A stretch of 63,879 bases of DNA, filler included, from Stramenopiles sp. TOSAG23-6 (lineage: Eukaryota), in assembly GCA_900128565.1 (NCBI GenBank). It is 3 parts of 3 records of this genome, joined end to end, with 100 filler letters (N's around TTAATTAATTAA, not from the genome) between each part and the next. Parts side by side here need not be neighbours in the genome. Positions count along the whole stretch, not along the records: positions 1 to 22,740 come from LT636012.1; positions 22,841 to 45,285 come from LT636013.1; 1 more part is not named here. The stretch is one strand, 5' to 3'. The translations under genes were made by a program, and so were the position numbers. Below are positions 11,782 through 22,894 of the stretch, one piece after another. A model generated the notes under the pieces. It worked only from the letters and a program-made list of their open reading frames with translations. It was not told where the DNA came from and did no database searches. Numbering within the stretch: the first letter of the stretch is position 1; each line of letters starts with the position of its first letter.

Positions 11782-12585
11782 ATGGGTGCGAAAGACAAAC
11801 AAGAAGCGTTCAAGCGGTATACTAAATCTGCGAATACAGGTAATAATGCCGCACAATACAGTCTTGGTGACTGCTATTTTTATGGTGATGGTGTTGCTGA
11901 AGATAAAAAAGAAGCTATCAAGTGGTATACTAAATCTGCTAATGCTGGTAATAGTGCTGCACAATTTTGGCTTGGTGTTTGCTATTTGAAAGGTCATGGT
12001 GTTGATATAGACAAAAAAGAAGCTTTTAAGTGGTATACTAAATCAGCGAATGCCAAAAATAGTTGTGGACAATTCTATCTTGCTTTATGCTATGATGAGG
12101 GTGTTGGCGTTGCTGAAGACAAAAAAGAAGCTTTCAATTGGTATACTAAATCTGCGAATGCCGGTATTCGTGAAGGACAAAATAGTCTTGGTGATTGCTA
12201 TTTTTATGGTGATGGTGTTGCTGAAGACAAAACAGAAGCTTTCAAGTGGTATACTAAATCTGCGAATGCTGGTGATATTGAAGCACAAATCAATCTTGGT
12301 CGTTGCTATTTTTTTGGTAATGGAGTCACTAAATGTTTGAAAACTGCAGCAAAGTGGAATGCAAAAACATTAAAGCAGATAAAAGATGTAGACCATGATG
12401 AGCTAAAGAGTTTAATCATTGAATACAGCTATTCAACATGTTTAACTTGTGGTAAAGAGGGTAAACATAAAAAAATGCTTCTTTGTAATCGGTGTTATTC
12501 TGCGACATATTGTTCAAAAGAGTGTCAGAAAATAGATTGGAAGAGTTCACATAAAAAAGAGTGTTTGAAAAGAACAACAAAATGA
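11782..12585 (+). CDS. Sel1-like repeat protein with C-terminal zf-MYND
   Basis: Repeated AQ..LG.CY..G.GV..D..EA.KWY.KSA units; C..C...C.RC....YCSKECQ..DW...HK..C finger. Confidence 0.88.
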   Translation: MGAKDKQEAFKRYTKSANTGNNAAQYSLGDCYFYGDGVAEDKKEAIKWYTKSANAGNSAAQFWLGVCYLKGHGVDIDKKEAFKWYTKSANAKNSCGQFYLALCYDEGVGVAEDKKEAFNWYTKSANAGIREGQNSLGDCYFYGDGVAEDKTEAFKWYTKSANAGDIEAQINLGRCYFFGNGVTKCLKTAAKWNAKTLKQIKDVDHDELKSLIIEYSYSTCLTCGKEGKHKKMLLCNRCYSATYCSKECQKIDWKSSHKKECLKRTTK

Positions 12586-12787
12586 GATCTTACTTTCATA
12601 TTTTTTAGTGTAAAAAGACGCCAAAAAAAAACAAATAGATGAAATAATTATTTTTTGATGACACTCTCAATTGAAATTGAAAAAAATAAAAAATCTATAC
12701 AAAATTTTGTACCCATGATTTATTTTTCCTAAAAAAGTGTCTTTTTATACTTACTTGTACTTACTGATCTCTTAGAAAGAAAAGTTG

Positions 12788-14134
12788 TTATCTAGGTTGT
12801 TTCCATACAATTTCAATTTCAAAAGACTTTTTAGTTGACCAATTTCTTTTGAATTTCACCGTTGGAATTGGACCAGATAGTTGATTGTCTCCTAATTGCA
12901 AACATTTGAGATTTGTTAGTTGACCTATTTCCTTTGGAATTAGACCAGCTAGTTTGTTTCTATACAAGCTTAATTCTTCGAGATTTTTTAGTTGGCCAAT
13001 TTCGGTTGGAATTGTATCAGTTAGTTTGTTGTTGTACAATTTCAATTTTTTGAGCTTTTTTAGTTGGCCAATTTCTTTTGGAATTGAACCAGATAGGTAG
13101 TTGTATGTCAAGGACAATTCTTCGAGCTTTGTTAGTTGACAAATTTCACTCGGTATTGAACTAGTTAGTCCGTTGTGACCCAACCTCAAAAAATTGAGAT
13201 TTGTTAGTTTACCAATTTCACTCGGAATTGAACCATATATGTTGTTGTTGAAAGACAAGTCCAATAGATTGAGATTTGATAGTTGACCAATTTCCTTTGG
13301 AATTGTGCCAGATAGGTTGTTGTCATTTAATCCCAAATATTTGAGACTTGTTAGTTGACCAATTTCTTTTGGAATTGAACCAGATAGTTGATTGTTTGAC
13401 AAGTCCAATGCAGTAACACTTCCTTCAGTACACGTAACTCCATACCATGTACAAATATCTTTATGTGGTTTCCAATTTGTTTTATTTTTCCAAGAATATC
13501 CATTTGTATCAACATACAATGCAGTTAAAGCTTCTTTTTCCAATGACTTACGAGATTGATGAATAGCTTCTACACGGATTAGCCATTTGTTAAAGGTTTC
13601 GTTTTCTTTTTTTGTAAGGGTGTTTTTTTTTATGTTGAAGCCTTTTAAACATTCAACAAACATTCTGTGAATTTTTTGTACACGGTGTCGCCACTGCAAC
13701 AAATCTTCTTCTTCGGTTTGTTTGGTAAGTTCTTTCATTTGATTGGTAAGTTCTTCACGTTCTTTCTTTTTATCTTCAGTGGTGTATCCAAATGTTTTGA
13801 CAACTTCCATTGTTAAGTAATCTGCTTCATCCTTAGTCTGTTGACTCATATACTGATGTATCACATTATTTGTAGCGGAAAGAGACGATATGTCAGACGG
13901 AGTGAGAAAACTTCTTAGATTGCGCATACTGGAACCCATTAATTGTTGAGCGCTGACATATTGATTTGCAAGACTAGTAGAAACATGCGCTAGTTCAGGT
14001 CGTTCAGCAGGGGTGAGAAAGGGGATTATATTACCGAGATGTAAGGGAGTAATGGGATGTTTTGAAGCATTGACGAGAGTAATAAACATTAAGGATAACA
14101 TCATTGAAGTACTTTGAGAGAATAAAATTGACAT
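12788..14134 (-). CDS. LRR protein with signal peptide and F-box-like segments
   Basis: Hydrophobic N-terminus; EALTALY...W...W...ICTWYGVTC LRR N-cap; 24-aa LxxLxLxxNxLSGxIPxEIGxL repeats; start inferred at ATG 14134. Confidence 0.85.
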   Translation of the reverse strand: MSILFSQSTSMMLSLMFITLVNASKHPITPLHLGNIIPFLTPAERPELAHVSTSLANQYVSAQQLMGSSMRNLRSFLTPSDISSLSATNNVIHQYMSQQTKDEADYLTMEVVKTFGYTTEDKKKEREELTNQMKELTKQTEEEDLLQWRHRVQKIHRMFVECLKGFNIKKNTLTKKENETFNKWLIRVEAIHQSRKSLEKEALTALYVDTNGYSWKNKTNWKPHKDICTWYGVTCTEGSVTALDLSNNQLSGSIPKEIGQLTSLKYLGLNDNNLSGTIPKEIGQLSNLNLLDLSFNNNIYGSIPSEIGKLTNLNFLRLGHNGLTSSIPSEICQLTKLEELSLTYNYLSGSIPKEIGQLKKLKKLKLYNNKLTDTIPTEIGQLKNLEELSLYRNKLAGLIPKEIGQLTNLKCLQLGDNQLSGPIPTVKFKRNWSTKKSFEIEIVWKQPR

Positions 14135-14533
14135 GGTGTGTTTTCCCAAACAAAAAGTAATACTAGTTATGCGAGAGAACGGTCGATGCGCAGTATTATC
14201 GATGCGCAGTATTATATGCATGCGCCGAGTTGAGTTTCCTTGGTCAAGTCAGCTGACCTAGCTAGTACGATACCGATCAGTTAGGTACAGATTTTTGTAG
14301 CAAAACGAAAACGTGACGTGCTCGATCGACGAACGAAATAATTCCTTGGTTTAATTTTGTAACTGTATGTATGTCCTTCCTTCTGTCAATTTTGATAGTT
14401 TTTTTCTTACAAAACAGGGTACCCATACGCACATAGCTACAGTAGACAGGCTATAATCTTACAATTTCGCTCTCCAACTGAGCAGTTTTGATAAATAATA
14501 TATATAAAGTACGTGTACATATCTCATACATAA

Positions 14534-15325
14534 ATGAACAAACTGAGTGATCCTGATTTCTACCAAGGAGGGTTTCCATGTCTCAGTAAGAGATTTGGAA
14601 AGTCATTCTGGGATGTTGTTATGACCGATGGTCAGCCTGTAACTGAAAGTAAAATTCGAGGAGCTAAACTTATTGAGCTGAATCGCCGAAGAGCAAGTAT
14701 TGGGAAGGAATTAATAGGGTCAACTTTGAAGTATACAGGTGGTGTCCCCGCATCACGGCGAAATAATACTCGAAAACATAGCACAAAGTCAAAAGACAAA
14801 GTAAATGAAGAATCTAAACGTACGAAAGATTTAAAACGAAAAGATAACCAAGAAGGGAAAGAGCAGGACATTGTCCCATCAATTATAGAAAGAACTCGCT
14901 CTATTCTTCAAAGAAATGAAAGATCTTATTATGCGATCAGAAGTGATTTAGTTGGAAAGTTTGGTGAACATACGTATAAGCTTCACAAGCCTGCTATAGT
15001 TAAATTGCTACAAGAAGCCAATATTAAAGTTAGAATACACAGAAATCCAAAATACAAAGCCAGAACAAAAGGTGGAAAAGGACGCGCAAGGAGAAAAGCT
15101 GTGAAGACTGAACTTACAAAGGATAAAATAGGTCGTTGGCGAAGTCGTAAGGTGACCACAAAAAGTCAGGCAAGAGCAGACGTTGCACCAAAACAACAAG
15201 CTTTGATTTCAAAAATAGCTGGACCTGCTCCGGAAAAACCTCAAAAGAAAGTGATTAAACCAACAAAGTCAAATACACTTGAAGTGAAACTCAAAGCCTT
15301 AGAAACAGAATTGGCTATGGCATAA
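14534..15325 (+). CDS. Hypothetical basic protein
   Basis: 263 aa ATG-initiated ORF, Lys/Arg-rich, no recognised domain. Confidence 0.6.
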   Translation: MNKLSDPDFYQGGFPCLSKRFGKSFWDVVMTDGQPVTESKIRGAKLIELNRRRASIGKELIGSTLKYTGGVPASRRNNTRKHSTKSKDKVNEESKRTKDLKRKDNQEGKEQDIVPSIIERTRSILQRNERSYYAIRSDLVGKFGEHTYKLHKPAIVKLLQEANIKVRIHRNPKYKARTKGGKGRARRKAVKTELTKDKIGRWRSRKVTTKSQARADVAPKQQALISKIAGPAPEKPQKKVIKPTKSNTLEVKLKALETELAMA

Positions 15326-15435
15326 AAATGATATAATAGTATAGAGAGTTCTTTACTTTGAGTATGAAATTTGTTGCTTGTAATACGTCTGTAAAATAAA
15401 ATCAAAAACAATTATATATATATATATATTTATTT

Positions 15436-16644
15436 TCAGACTTCCATTATATTGTTCAAGTAATAATTCTCTGACCTAGAACGCTTTCGCTTTGAAGCAG
15501 ATGGTGCAATATAATTAGGGTTGCGGATAGGGACAGTCACAGGAGCAAATGATGATAGACCTGTGGCACTTGGCAAATTCGAAATCGAATCTGTACCAAA
15601 TTTCGCAGAATTGGATAACGGCCTATTTAATACATTCTTTGGATTCGTTTCACATATTTCCATAGTATTATGTATTATATTTTTGTCTTTCTTTGAACTA
15701 TGACTACTAAGAACGCTTTTTCTATTTCCATGAAGGACTTTATTCGGTGTTTTCTTCTTTCTATTTTTTGATGATGAGCAATTTGAGGGAAGAATTAACT
15801 CAATAGGCCACCATTTACCTCCAAGAATCTCGGGAAGATTTTTTGTATTGCCAACACCAACAGAACCATCAGAAGGATCGACAGACTCCACAATAGCTTC
15901 ACCAGATGCCCAGAGAGTATAATCTTGACGGGTGCGATCAGCAAATTTTTCCTGAAAAAGCATGACCCACCGATAACGTGGAAGTTTTAAGATTTCGTGT
16001 ATTGGGGCCATTGTTATAACAACACCAGGAACACACCAGGCTGGGATAGTAGGAACTAATGTATTTTCGGATAACTGTTCAATATTTTGTCTAGGGGAAA
16101 TAGTACTATTCTCATTTGCTACTTGTCTATGTTCATTGTCTGGGCCATTCTCACCCGATAACTCCACATTTATCGTTTTTTTCTCTTTTTCTACTTCTTG
16201 TACTATTGTTGGTGGAATATATGCATCACCTTCATGTGATAATATAGTTTCAAGGTAATGGGCACCAAATAAAGGGAAATCTTTCATTGTTTTCGCTTTA
16301 TTAGCAAGAATGTCTCGCTCCCATTTTGCTCCACTTTCGCCAAGGAAAGATTCATCCCCGTTATGAAGGGTTTGTAAGTCCGCTAACGCAGTCAAGGAGA
16401 ATAAACTATACTGGAGTTTTTCAAGGTATGAAACTTGAGACTCAAATCTACCAAGATTTTGAGACTCAAAAATAGCAGCAAGCCATAAATCGTTGTCGTT
16501 CAGTGCGAGTTCAATCGTCTTGTGCATATACTCCGCATTTACTGGCTCAGACAACATTTCCATCGACGGTGCAGGCATTCGGCGTTGAATTGGATTGGCA
16601 TCACACCATTCCGACGACGTCATTCCTTGGGTAAAGCCTGGCAT
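15436..16644 (-). CDS. Hypothetical protein
   Basis: About 400 aa ORF; start inferred at first ATG; C-terminal KRKRSR possible NLS. Confidence 0.6.
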   Translation of the reverse strand: MPGFTQGMTSSEWCDANPIQRRMPAPSMEMLSEPVNAEYMHKTIELALNDNDLWLAAIFESQNLGRFESQVSYLEKLQYSLFSLTALADLQTLHNGDESFLGESGAKWERDILANKAKTMKDFPLFGAHYLETILSHEGDAYIPPTIVQEVEKEKKTINVELSGENGPDNEHRQVANENSTISPRQNIEQLSENTLVPTIPAWCVPGVVITMAPIHEILKLPRYRWVMLFQEKFADRTRQDYTLWASGEAIVESVDPSDGSVGVGNTKNLPEILGGKWWPIELILPSNCSSSKNRKKKTPNKVLHGNRKSVLSSHSSKKDKNIIHNTMEICETNPKNVLNRPLSNSAKFGTDSISNLPSATGLSSFAPVTVPIRNPNYIAPSASKRKRSRSENYYLNNIMEV

Positions 16645-16920
16645 TACCACTAGAGATGTAATCAATAATGTGGATAATTTGGTTGATCCACCCGACTAAT
16701 TTGATCGTTCTTGTCTACTTTTATGGAGAGTCGCGTAATACGAGCGCAAACTTTTGATTGGCGTTTTTGATCGACGTGATTGAACTGGCTACACGAAATC
16801 CTCATTTTTTTTTGAATTTTTTTGCCGCGCCATCATCATTTGAAAGACCGATTATCGATATACAACAATAAATTCAAAGTCCGAATCTATCTTACTCATT
16901 GTATACAATTGCATGAAGCG

Positions 16921-19900
16921 ATGACTGCGACTTCACTACATGAACGTTTAAGTATTATTGCTTCCCAGTTTGAGGAATTACGCAAACAAGACATTGCAAT
17001 ACGCGATCGTGAAATAGCTGAATTGAAAGAAAAGTTACAAACTTTGGAAAAAAAAGAAAGGGAAAATAAAGAATTACGGGAGGAGAACGTAAGTCTCAAG
17101 CAACAAGTGAGCCATTCAAATGTTGCAATAGAGAAAATGCTATCTACTCACAAAACTGATGTAACTAAACTACGGGATGAACTCCTTAATCTACGCTCGA
17201 AATTACAAGGTAATTCTATCAATGCTATTGATGTTGAGGGGGAACTAAAATCCGTTCAATCAAAGACAGAACAAGTTCTTGTATCTGTGAAAACACCCAT
17301 CGAAAAATTCATCAATACTGTAGAAAATACATGCCCCAATGCAAATATATCTAAAGGCGTGAATATAAATTATGCAAAACCTCGGGGGACATTCCAGGAA
17401 AAACCTATTCTTGAACATAAAGTTTCTGAACATGCAACAATCAATTCTAGTTACACAACAAAAGCATCTAGCAAAGCTGCAGAAGAATCGTTTGATAGAG
17501 AGTCAACCATCTTACCTAGTTCAAAGTCAAATGAAGTTGAAGACAAAAACGTGTCCAAAAATGAAACCGTTGAAGAAGATCATTCTCTAAATGTACAAAA
17601 ACAGGAAATGTTAATGTTTGCTGCAGAACAAGGTCTTGTATGTTTTTCAATTTTTTTCGTACGAAATTTTGTACCTAACGATATTTTTTTTTCGAGAAAT
17701 GTCAAAATATTTTCATCATGAATTTCAATTTCTTTTTCGTCGAAAATTTTTGTTCCTCACGAAAAAATTTCCATAATATTTTTACACAATACATGTCGGT
17801 GTTGTGAAAAAAATATTAGAACCAAAAATTGATACAGAAAATGAAGAGGACATGAAAGAGACGATAAACTTGGCTTTTAAACACGCATGTACGCTTTCAT
17901 CATTTAAAAAAAAAAAAAAAAAAAAAATATTTCGTACGAAATTTTGTACCTAACAAAAAAATTTAATTTTTTTTTGAAATATTTTTTTATAATACATGCA
18001 GTCATGGTCATACTGATGTCAGTTTGTATTTATTAAGCATTGGTGCATCTATTCAATCCACAAATGATTTTGGACAGAATGGACTTCATCTTGCTGCGGG
18101 GAGTGGTTCAAAAGATTTGGTAAAAAAATTTCTTGATCGAGGTATGTTTTATTTTTTTTCAATTTCAAATTTATTTTTTTCGTACGAAATTTCGTACCTA
18201 ACAAATTTTACAGTTTTTTTTTTCACAACACAGGGGCTGATATTGAAAGTAAAGATTGCGATGGCTTAACACCAATGGCATATGCAGCATTACACGATCA
18301 ATCGGATTGTTTAGAATTATTACTTTTTGCTGGTAGTGACACTGAAATACTTGTCTATCGCCCAAAATCAAAGGAAATAGCAAATATAAATATAGGAGAA
18401 CTTTCCAAATCTAAAAAAAATAAAAAAAATGAAAAAAATAAAAAAAATGAAAAAAATAAAAAAAATGAAAAAAATGAGATGATCGAAGAAGAAGATAGTA
18501 CAGCAAATGATATAGATGTTTCGGAACAGTCCCAACCAGTTCCAATTGTAGATGCATGTTTATTCCGTGAATCCAAAGCGTGTATTGAGGTACTACAGAA
18601 TAAGAAAATATTATTTTGGAATTCGTGTACTCGTGGAAATTTAACGTATAATATCGGCAATCATCATGCTGCATTGACACTGTTCAAAAAGGCGCTTCAG
18701 CTTACAATGGACAAAACATTAAATATTCCTGTCAAAGATATTTCTACGATTCATTATAACTGTGCTCGAGCAGCCATGCGCTTATCGAAACATGTTCTTG
18801 CTGTTACACACTGCGATCAAGCAATAGCTTTAAAAGAAACATTTTTCAAAGCGGTTAAACTTCGCGCAGAGAATTTCATGGAACTTCACGATTTTAAAAA
18901 AGCTGTCAAAGATTACGAAAATTTGCTACGGTTACTCCCTGGTGTAGGTTTGTCTGGTGCTTCTTCACCTCCAAGTGAATCTCGTAGCAAACATGCAAGT
19001 GTTTCACCTCCTAATATTCGGAATGGAAACTCCAAAGCAAAGTTAGAAGCTGCTTTGCAAAATGCAAAAGCATTGCAAAATTTAAGTCATTATTCACTAC
19101 TTAACATTAATGAAAAAGCAGATGCTGCAACCATTCGAAAAGCCTATCGGAAAATGTGTTTAAAATGGCATCCTGACAAAAATGGCGGCTCCGATGAAAC
19201 TAGATATAGATCTAGTTTAATGTTTCAAAGAATTAGTAAAGCATATGATGAGTTAAATGATTCTTATAAAAGAATAATGTACGATTTAGAACTCAAAAAA
19301 CAAAAATTGGAAACTGAAAAAAAATGTTTATATAGATCTGCATTTTCAAGGAATGGACTAAGTGGAAGTAAAACTTCAACACCAACAATATTTAGAAGTA
19401 GAAGACGATCGTCAACAGTGAAATCACCACAAAGTAGTATGAAACGTGATAGTAATACACCTGTTGCAAACAATCAAACTAAAAACACATTTTTTTCAAG
19501 TCCTGATTCTGATGCAAATATTAATTTAAAGACAGAAAAACGAACTCCAAAGCATCCAAGATTCAGCGCAACCAGAAGTTCAAGTAAACAATATATGAAA
19601 ACTCCAAAGACACCAAAGGATAGAAATAGTTCTTCATTTTCCACTGGGAAAACTCGGCGTTCATACGTTTCTTCTTCTCAAGCTTCTGAATTTCCTGGGC
19701 ATATTTCGTCCACATCAAACCACTCAGCTACAAATGGTCAATATGTAGGAAAGAGTCCATTAAGTGGTATGTACGACAGACTCAAACGTAAACAAGAGAC
19801 AAGTGAAAGTTTCTCAAATGAAGAATATAATTCAAAAAATGTTCCAATGAATTTACGATTTGATAGTGATAATGGGAATAATACCAGTAGTTCTAATTCA

Positions 19901-20242
19901 GATATCAATAATAAAGAATTCATTACAAAAGAGACAAGTATAAAAATAGATGGTAAAAACTTGCCTGCAGCAACAAATAATTCTCATACAGATGGTAATG
20001 ATTTAGATAATGGTCTTTTATTTAGTACTTTTCAGAACCAAACTCAAATGAAGTCTTCCTATTCTAAAAGATCAAAGTCAAATAATGAATATTCTGGAAA
20101 TTCTGGATTAGGGCATATTGACAGCAGTAGTAGTAATGATTATATCAACCCTGAATCAAAGGAAAACTCTTCAGAAGCTATAAATGATGTTTATATGTGG
20201 AAGCTTTTTGAAGAATATGAAAAAGCTTTTCAAGATTCATAA
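16921..20242 (+). CDS. Coiled-coil + ankyrin + TPR + DnaJ protein, 4 exons
   Basis: Exons 16921-17637, 17795-17888, 17998-18141, 18234-20242. Splicing restores ankyrin motifs LMFAAEQGL|VGVVKKIL, KHA|CSHGH and LDR|GADIESKD; TPR repeats and J-domain HPDK follow. Confidence 0.85.
17638..17794 (+). other. GT-AT intron, 157 nt
   Basis: CTT|GTATGT...TTCGTACGAAATTTTGTACCTAAC...TACACAATACAT|GTC; restores an ankyrin motif; contains a second, degenerate motif copy. Confidence 0.85.
17889..17997 (+). other. GT-AT intron, 109 nt
   Basis: GCAT|GTACGC...TTCGTACGAAATTTTGTACCTAAC...TATAATACAT|GC; restores ankyrin A-C-S-H-G-H. Confidence 0.85.
18142..18233 (+). other. GT-AG intron of the same family, 92 nt
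   Basis: CGAG|GTATGT...TTCGTACGAAATTTCGTACCTAAC...TTCACAACACAG|GG; restores RGADIE. Confidence 0.85.
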
Positions 20243-20380
20243 AATAAAACCTTTAATAAAGAATGTTTATTTTTTCTTTGTAATTAATTTTAAAAGTATT
20301 GTTTTTTCTCTTTGATGAAGAATCATCAAGGATGGAAGCCCATTGTTTTTACGTTATTTTTATGTACGTAGTAGCTTTAT

Positions 20381-21127
20381 TTAAACTTTTTGCAACCCAC
20401 CTGAACCGTCGTCTGAATCGTCGTCTGAAACAACCTCGCCTACATTTCTCAAAAGATTTGTAGCATACTCTTTAAGGGTTAAACTATTTCTTGAAGTTTT
20501 CTTTAACTCTTCAAATGCATTTTCAAATTTAGAATGTTCTTCTGCCGAATCATTATTTTCATACCCATCCAAAGCATTCTGATACCTATTTTCTAGGTTT
20601 TCTAGATATTCAACAACAATCAATAATTCCTTATATCGTTTTGGTAATCCTGTAAGCGCTGATCTGTCAAGTTCTGTCTCGGCTATTGATTCCAGTTTAT
20701 TCAATTCCTCTCTAGAAACATTGAATTTTTTTATTTTTGAACCAAGATGTTCACTGAAATATTTACGTTCGTCATCTTCCGCATAATCAGGAATTGCTTC
20801 CATTGCTGCCTCAATGGCATCTTCTTTTGATACTCTTGCTGGTATTTCAGAATATACAACATTGCGGTTAAATGTAACCACTCGTCGTTTTGGTCGTTTT
20901 GCACCACCATCATCAACCTCACCAGCACCACCAACACCATCACCATCAACATCAGCTTTAGCGTTAAGTTGAGCTGCAACTGCAGCAGCATGGTCAGCCT
21001 TATGTTTTTTTGACACTCGAGGCTTCGTCCCCCTCTGCTTCCCCAACATTGCCATTCCGGGTAAGAATGCAAACGAAAATATTGTTAATGAAGAAAGATA
21101 AAACATCAAATGCTTTGTTGATACCAT
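20381..21127 (-). CDS. Secreted-looking hypothetical protein with basic NLS-like patches and an RVxF-like motif
   Basis: Hydrophobic N-terminus LMFYLSSLTIFSFAFLPGMA; KQRGTKPRVSKKHK; KRPKRRVVTF; acidic helical C-terminus. Confidence 0.65.
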   Translation of the reverse strand: MVSTKHLMFYLSSLTIFSFAFLPGMAMLGKQRGTKPRVSKKHKADHAAAVAAQLNAKADVDGDGVGGAGEVDDGGAKRPKRRVVTFNRNVVYSEIPARVSKEDAIEAAMEAIPDYAEDDERKYFSEHLGSKIKKFNVSREELNKLESIAETELDRSALTGLPKRYKELLIVVEYLENLENRYQNALDGYENNDSAEEHSKFENAFEELKKTSRNSLTLKEYATNLLRNVGEVVSDDDSDDGSGGLQKV

Positions 21128-21259
21128 TTTCTAAATATCTTGGGTGTCTAGCAGTTATTACCAGCGGTACTACACTAACAGTATTTCTGTTCTTGAACAT
21201 CCAAATTGAAATTTTTTTAACGTATATATATACGTTATGTTCTCGATTTTAAAAAATAA

Positions 21260-21277
21260 TTAGGGTTAGGGTTTAGG
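21260..21277 (+). repeat. Interstitial telomere-like tract
   Basis: TTAGGGTTAGGGTTTAGG between divergent genes. Confidence 0.8.
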
Positions 21278-21431
21278 CGGTCAGTCCACCTGAAGGGTCA
21301 AGTTATCTGATTTGAGAGACTTACCTCTTATAACTTTTGCCTGTAGACGTATTGTACAAATTCAATAGGCGTGAGTTTGGAATTTACAAAGGAAATATAT
21401 TTTATAACTATAATATCAAGGTTCTCTGAAT

Positions 21432-22686
21432 ATGTATAACATCAGTTTCGTAATGATGCTTGTTTTTCTCTTGTTTGCGTCGTTTTGTTCAGTGGAGGCT
21501 GAGTCTTTTGACGGTTTTAACCTTCGATTGAATTGGAAGCCAAGTGTAGGTCAGTGGTTTATAAAAGACAGTGTGAGTGACAATTCTCAGTTTGAGTGTC
21601 CTAAAAAAGCATTCTCATGGAATTATTCTGAATCATCACATATTTTACGAGAAAGTGGCCCTCACACTAATGTAGAGGATTCTGATAGTATTGTAGTCGA
21701 CTACTTGGAGAAAAATAGTGAATATATCACTGTAGTTGGTGATGTATTAAAGCCAAATTCGCATAGCTCTTGTAATGATCGTTACTACTGGGAGATGACA
21801 ATTCTTGAGAATGAATTACATAATGTTTCAGACATAAAATTTGGATTATTGCAGGCGCAACAATTTACAGGTTCCACGGGTTCCCTTGCGTCACTGTTTA
21901 CCTCATGCCAAAAGTCAAAAGTAAATGTTGATTCACTTTTTCTTCCAAAGAAGATATTAGAAATTGCTGAAAAATATTCACAGTCAAGAGATCAATACAC
22001 ATCAAACAGTGATTCGTTTGATAGATTTGGTATACAGAGAATCCCTGTAAGTCGTTCATGGGAAGTAGATTTTCTTGGTGACAAATTGAATTGGTTTGTT
22101 GATGGCGTTTTTAGTCTACCTAATGGATTTCGTAATGAAACAGATAACATTTATTGGACAGATAAAATTGAACATTGGGGTTCTTTTGGTTCTTGGGTAT
22201 CTGAGGAAAAATCTATATTTGATATAAGTACTTCAAAAAAGGATAAAAGTGGTGTTGAGAATGAAAATGAAAACGACAGTGAGAATATTGTGAAAAAACT
22301 TACTTTTGGTGTTGTATTGGACTTTGGTTGTACTAACCCTAACCCTAAAACATCCGAGATATTTCCCGCAACTCTTTCATTTTGGAACAAGGCTAAGAAT
22401 GAGACACTCATTATGAATATTGATCCATTTCAACGTCTTCAGAATGATACAAAAAATAATACAAAAAATAATACAAAAAATGATACAAAAAATGATACAA
22501 AAAATAATACAAAAAATAATATAAAAAATAATACAAAAACATTTCAAAGTTCACTAAAGGGCATCGTAAATTCTTTTTCATTATCAGGGCGCGTATTTAC
22601 TTCAGCAGAGCTCGCCTCTTTTGGTCCAGGTTTTCCGCTTGAACCGTTACGCGTTGCTGTTACGTATTCGAATCCTTTTGATGGTT
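21432..22686 (+). CDS. Signal-peptide protein with SPRY/B30.2-like motifs (exon ending before the gap)
   Basis: RYYWEMTI...IKFGL and TFGVVLDF...TLSFWN resemble SPRY strands; exon ends GGT T|GTACGT. Confidence 0.55.
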
Positions 22687-22894
22687 GTACGTTTTCATTT
22701 CAATTTCGAATTTATTTTTTTTTCGTACGAAATTTTGTACNNNNNNNNNNNNNNNNNNNNNNNNNNNNNNNNNNNNNNNNNNNNTTAATTAATTAANNNN
22801 NNNNNNNNNNNNNNNNNNNNNNNNNNNNNNNNNNNNNNNNTACGAAATTTTGTACCTAACGATTTTTTTTTTGAAATATTTTTCCAAAATACAT
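22687..22894 (+). other. GT...AT family intron sequence split by an assembly gap
   Basis: GTACGT...TTCGTACGAAATTTTGTAC | gap | TACGAAATTTTGTACCTAAC...CCAAAATACAT; both sides are phase 1. Confidence 0.6.
22741..22840. other. Assembly gap with artificial TTAATTAATTAA linker
   Basis: N runs flanking a six-frame stop linker. Confidence 0.95.

Noticed and set aside
22785-22796. TTAATTAATTAA palindrome (also 45330-45341)
   Set aside because: Identical sequence centred in N runs: an artificial contig linker.
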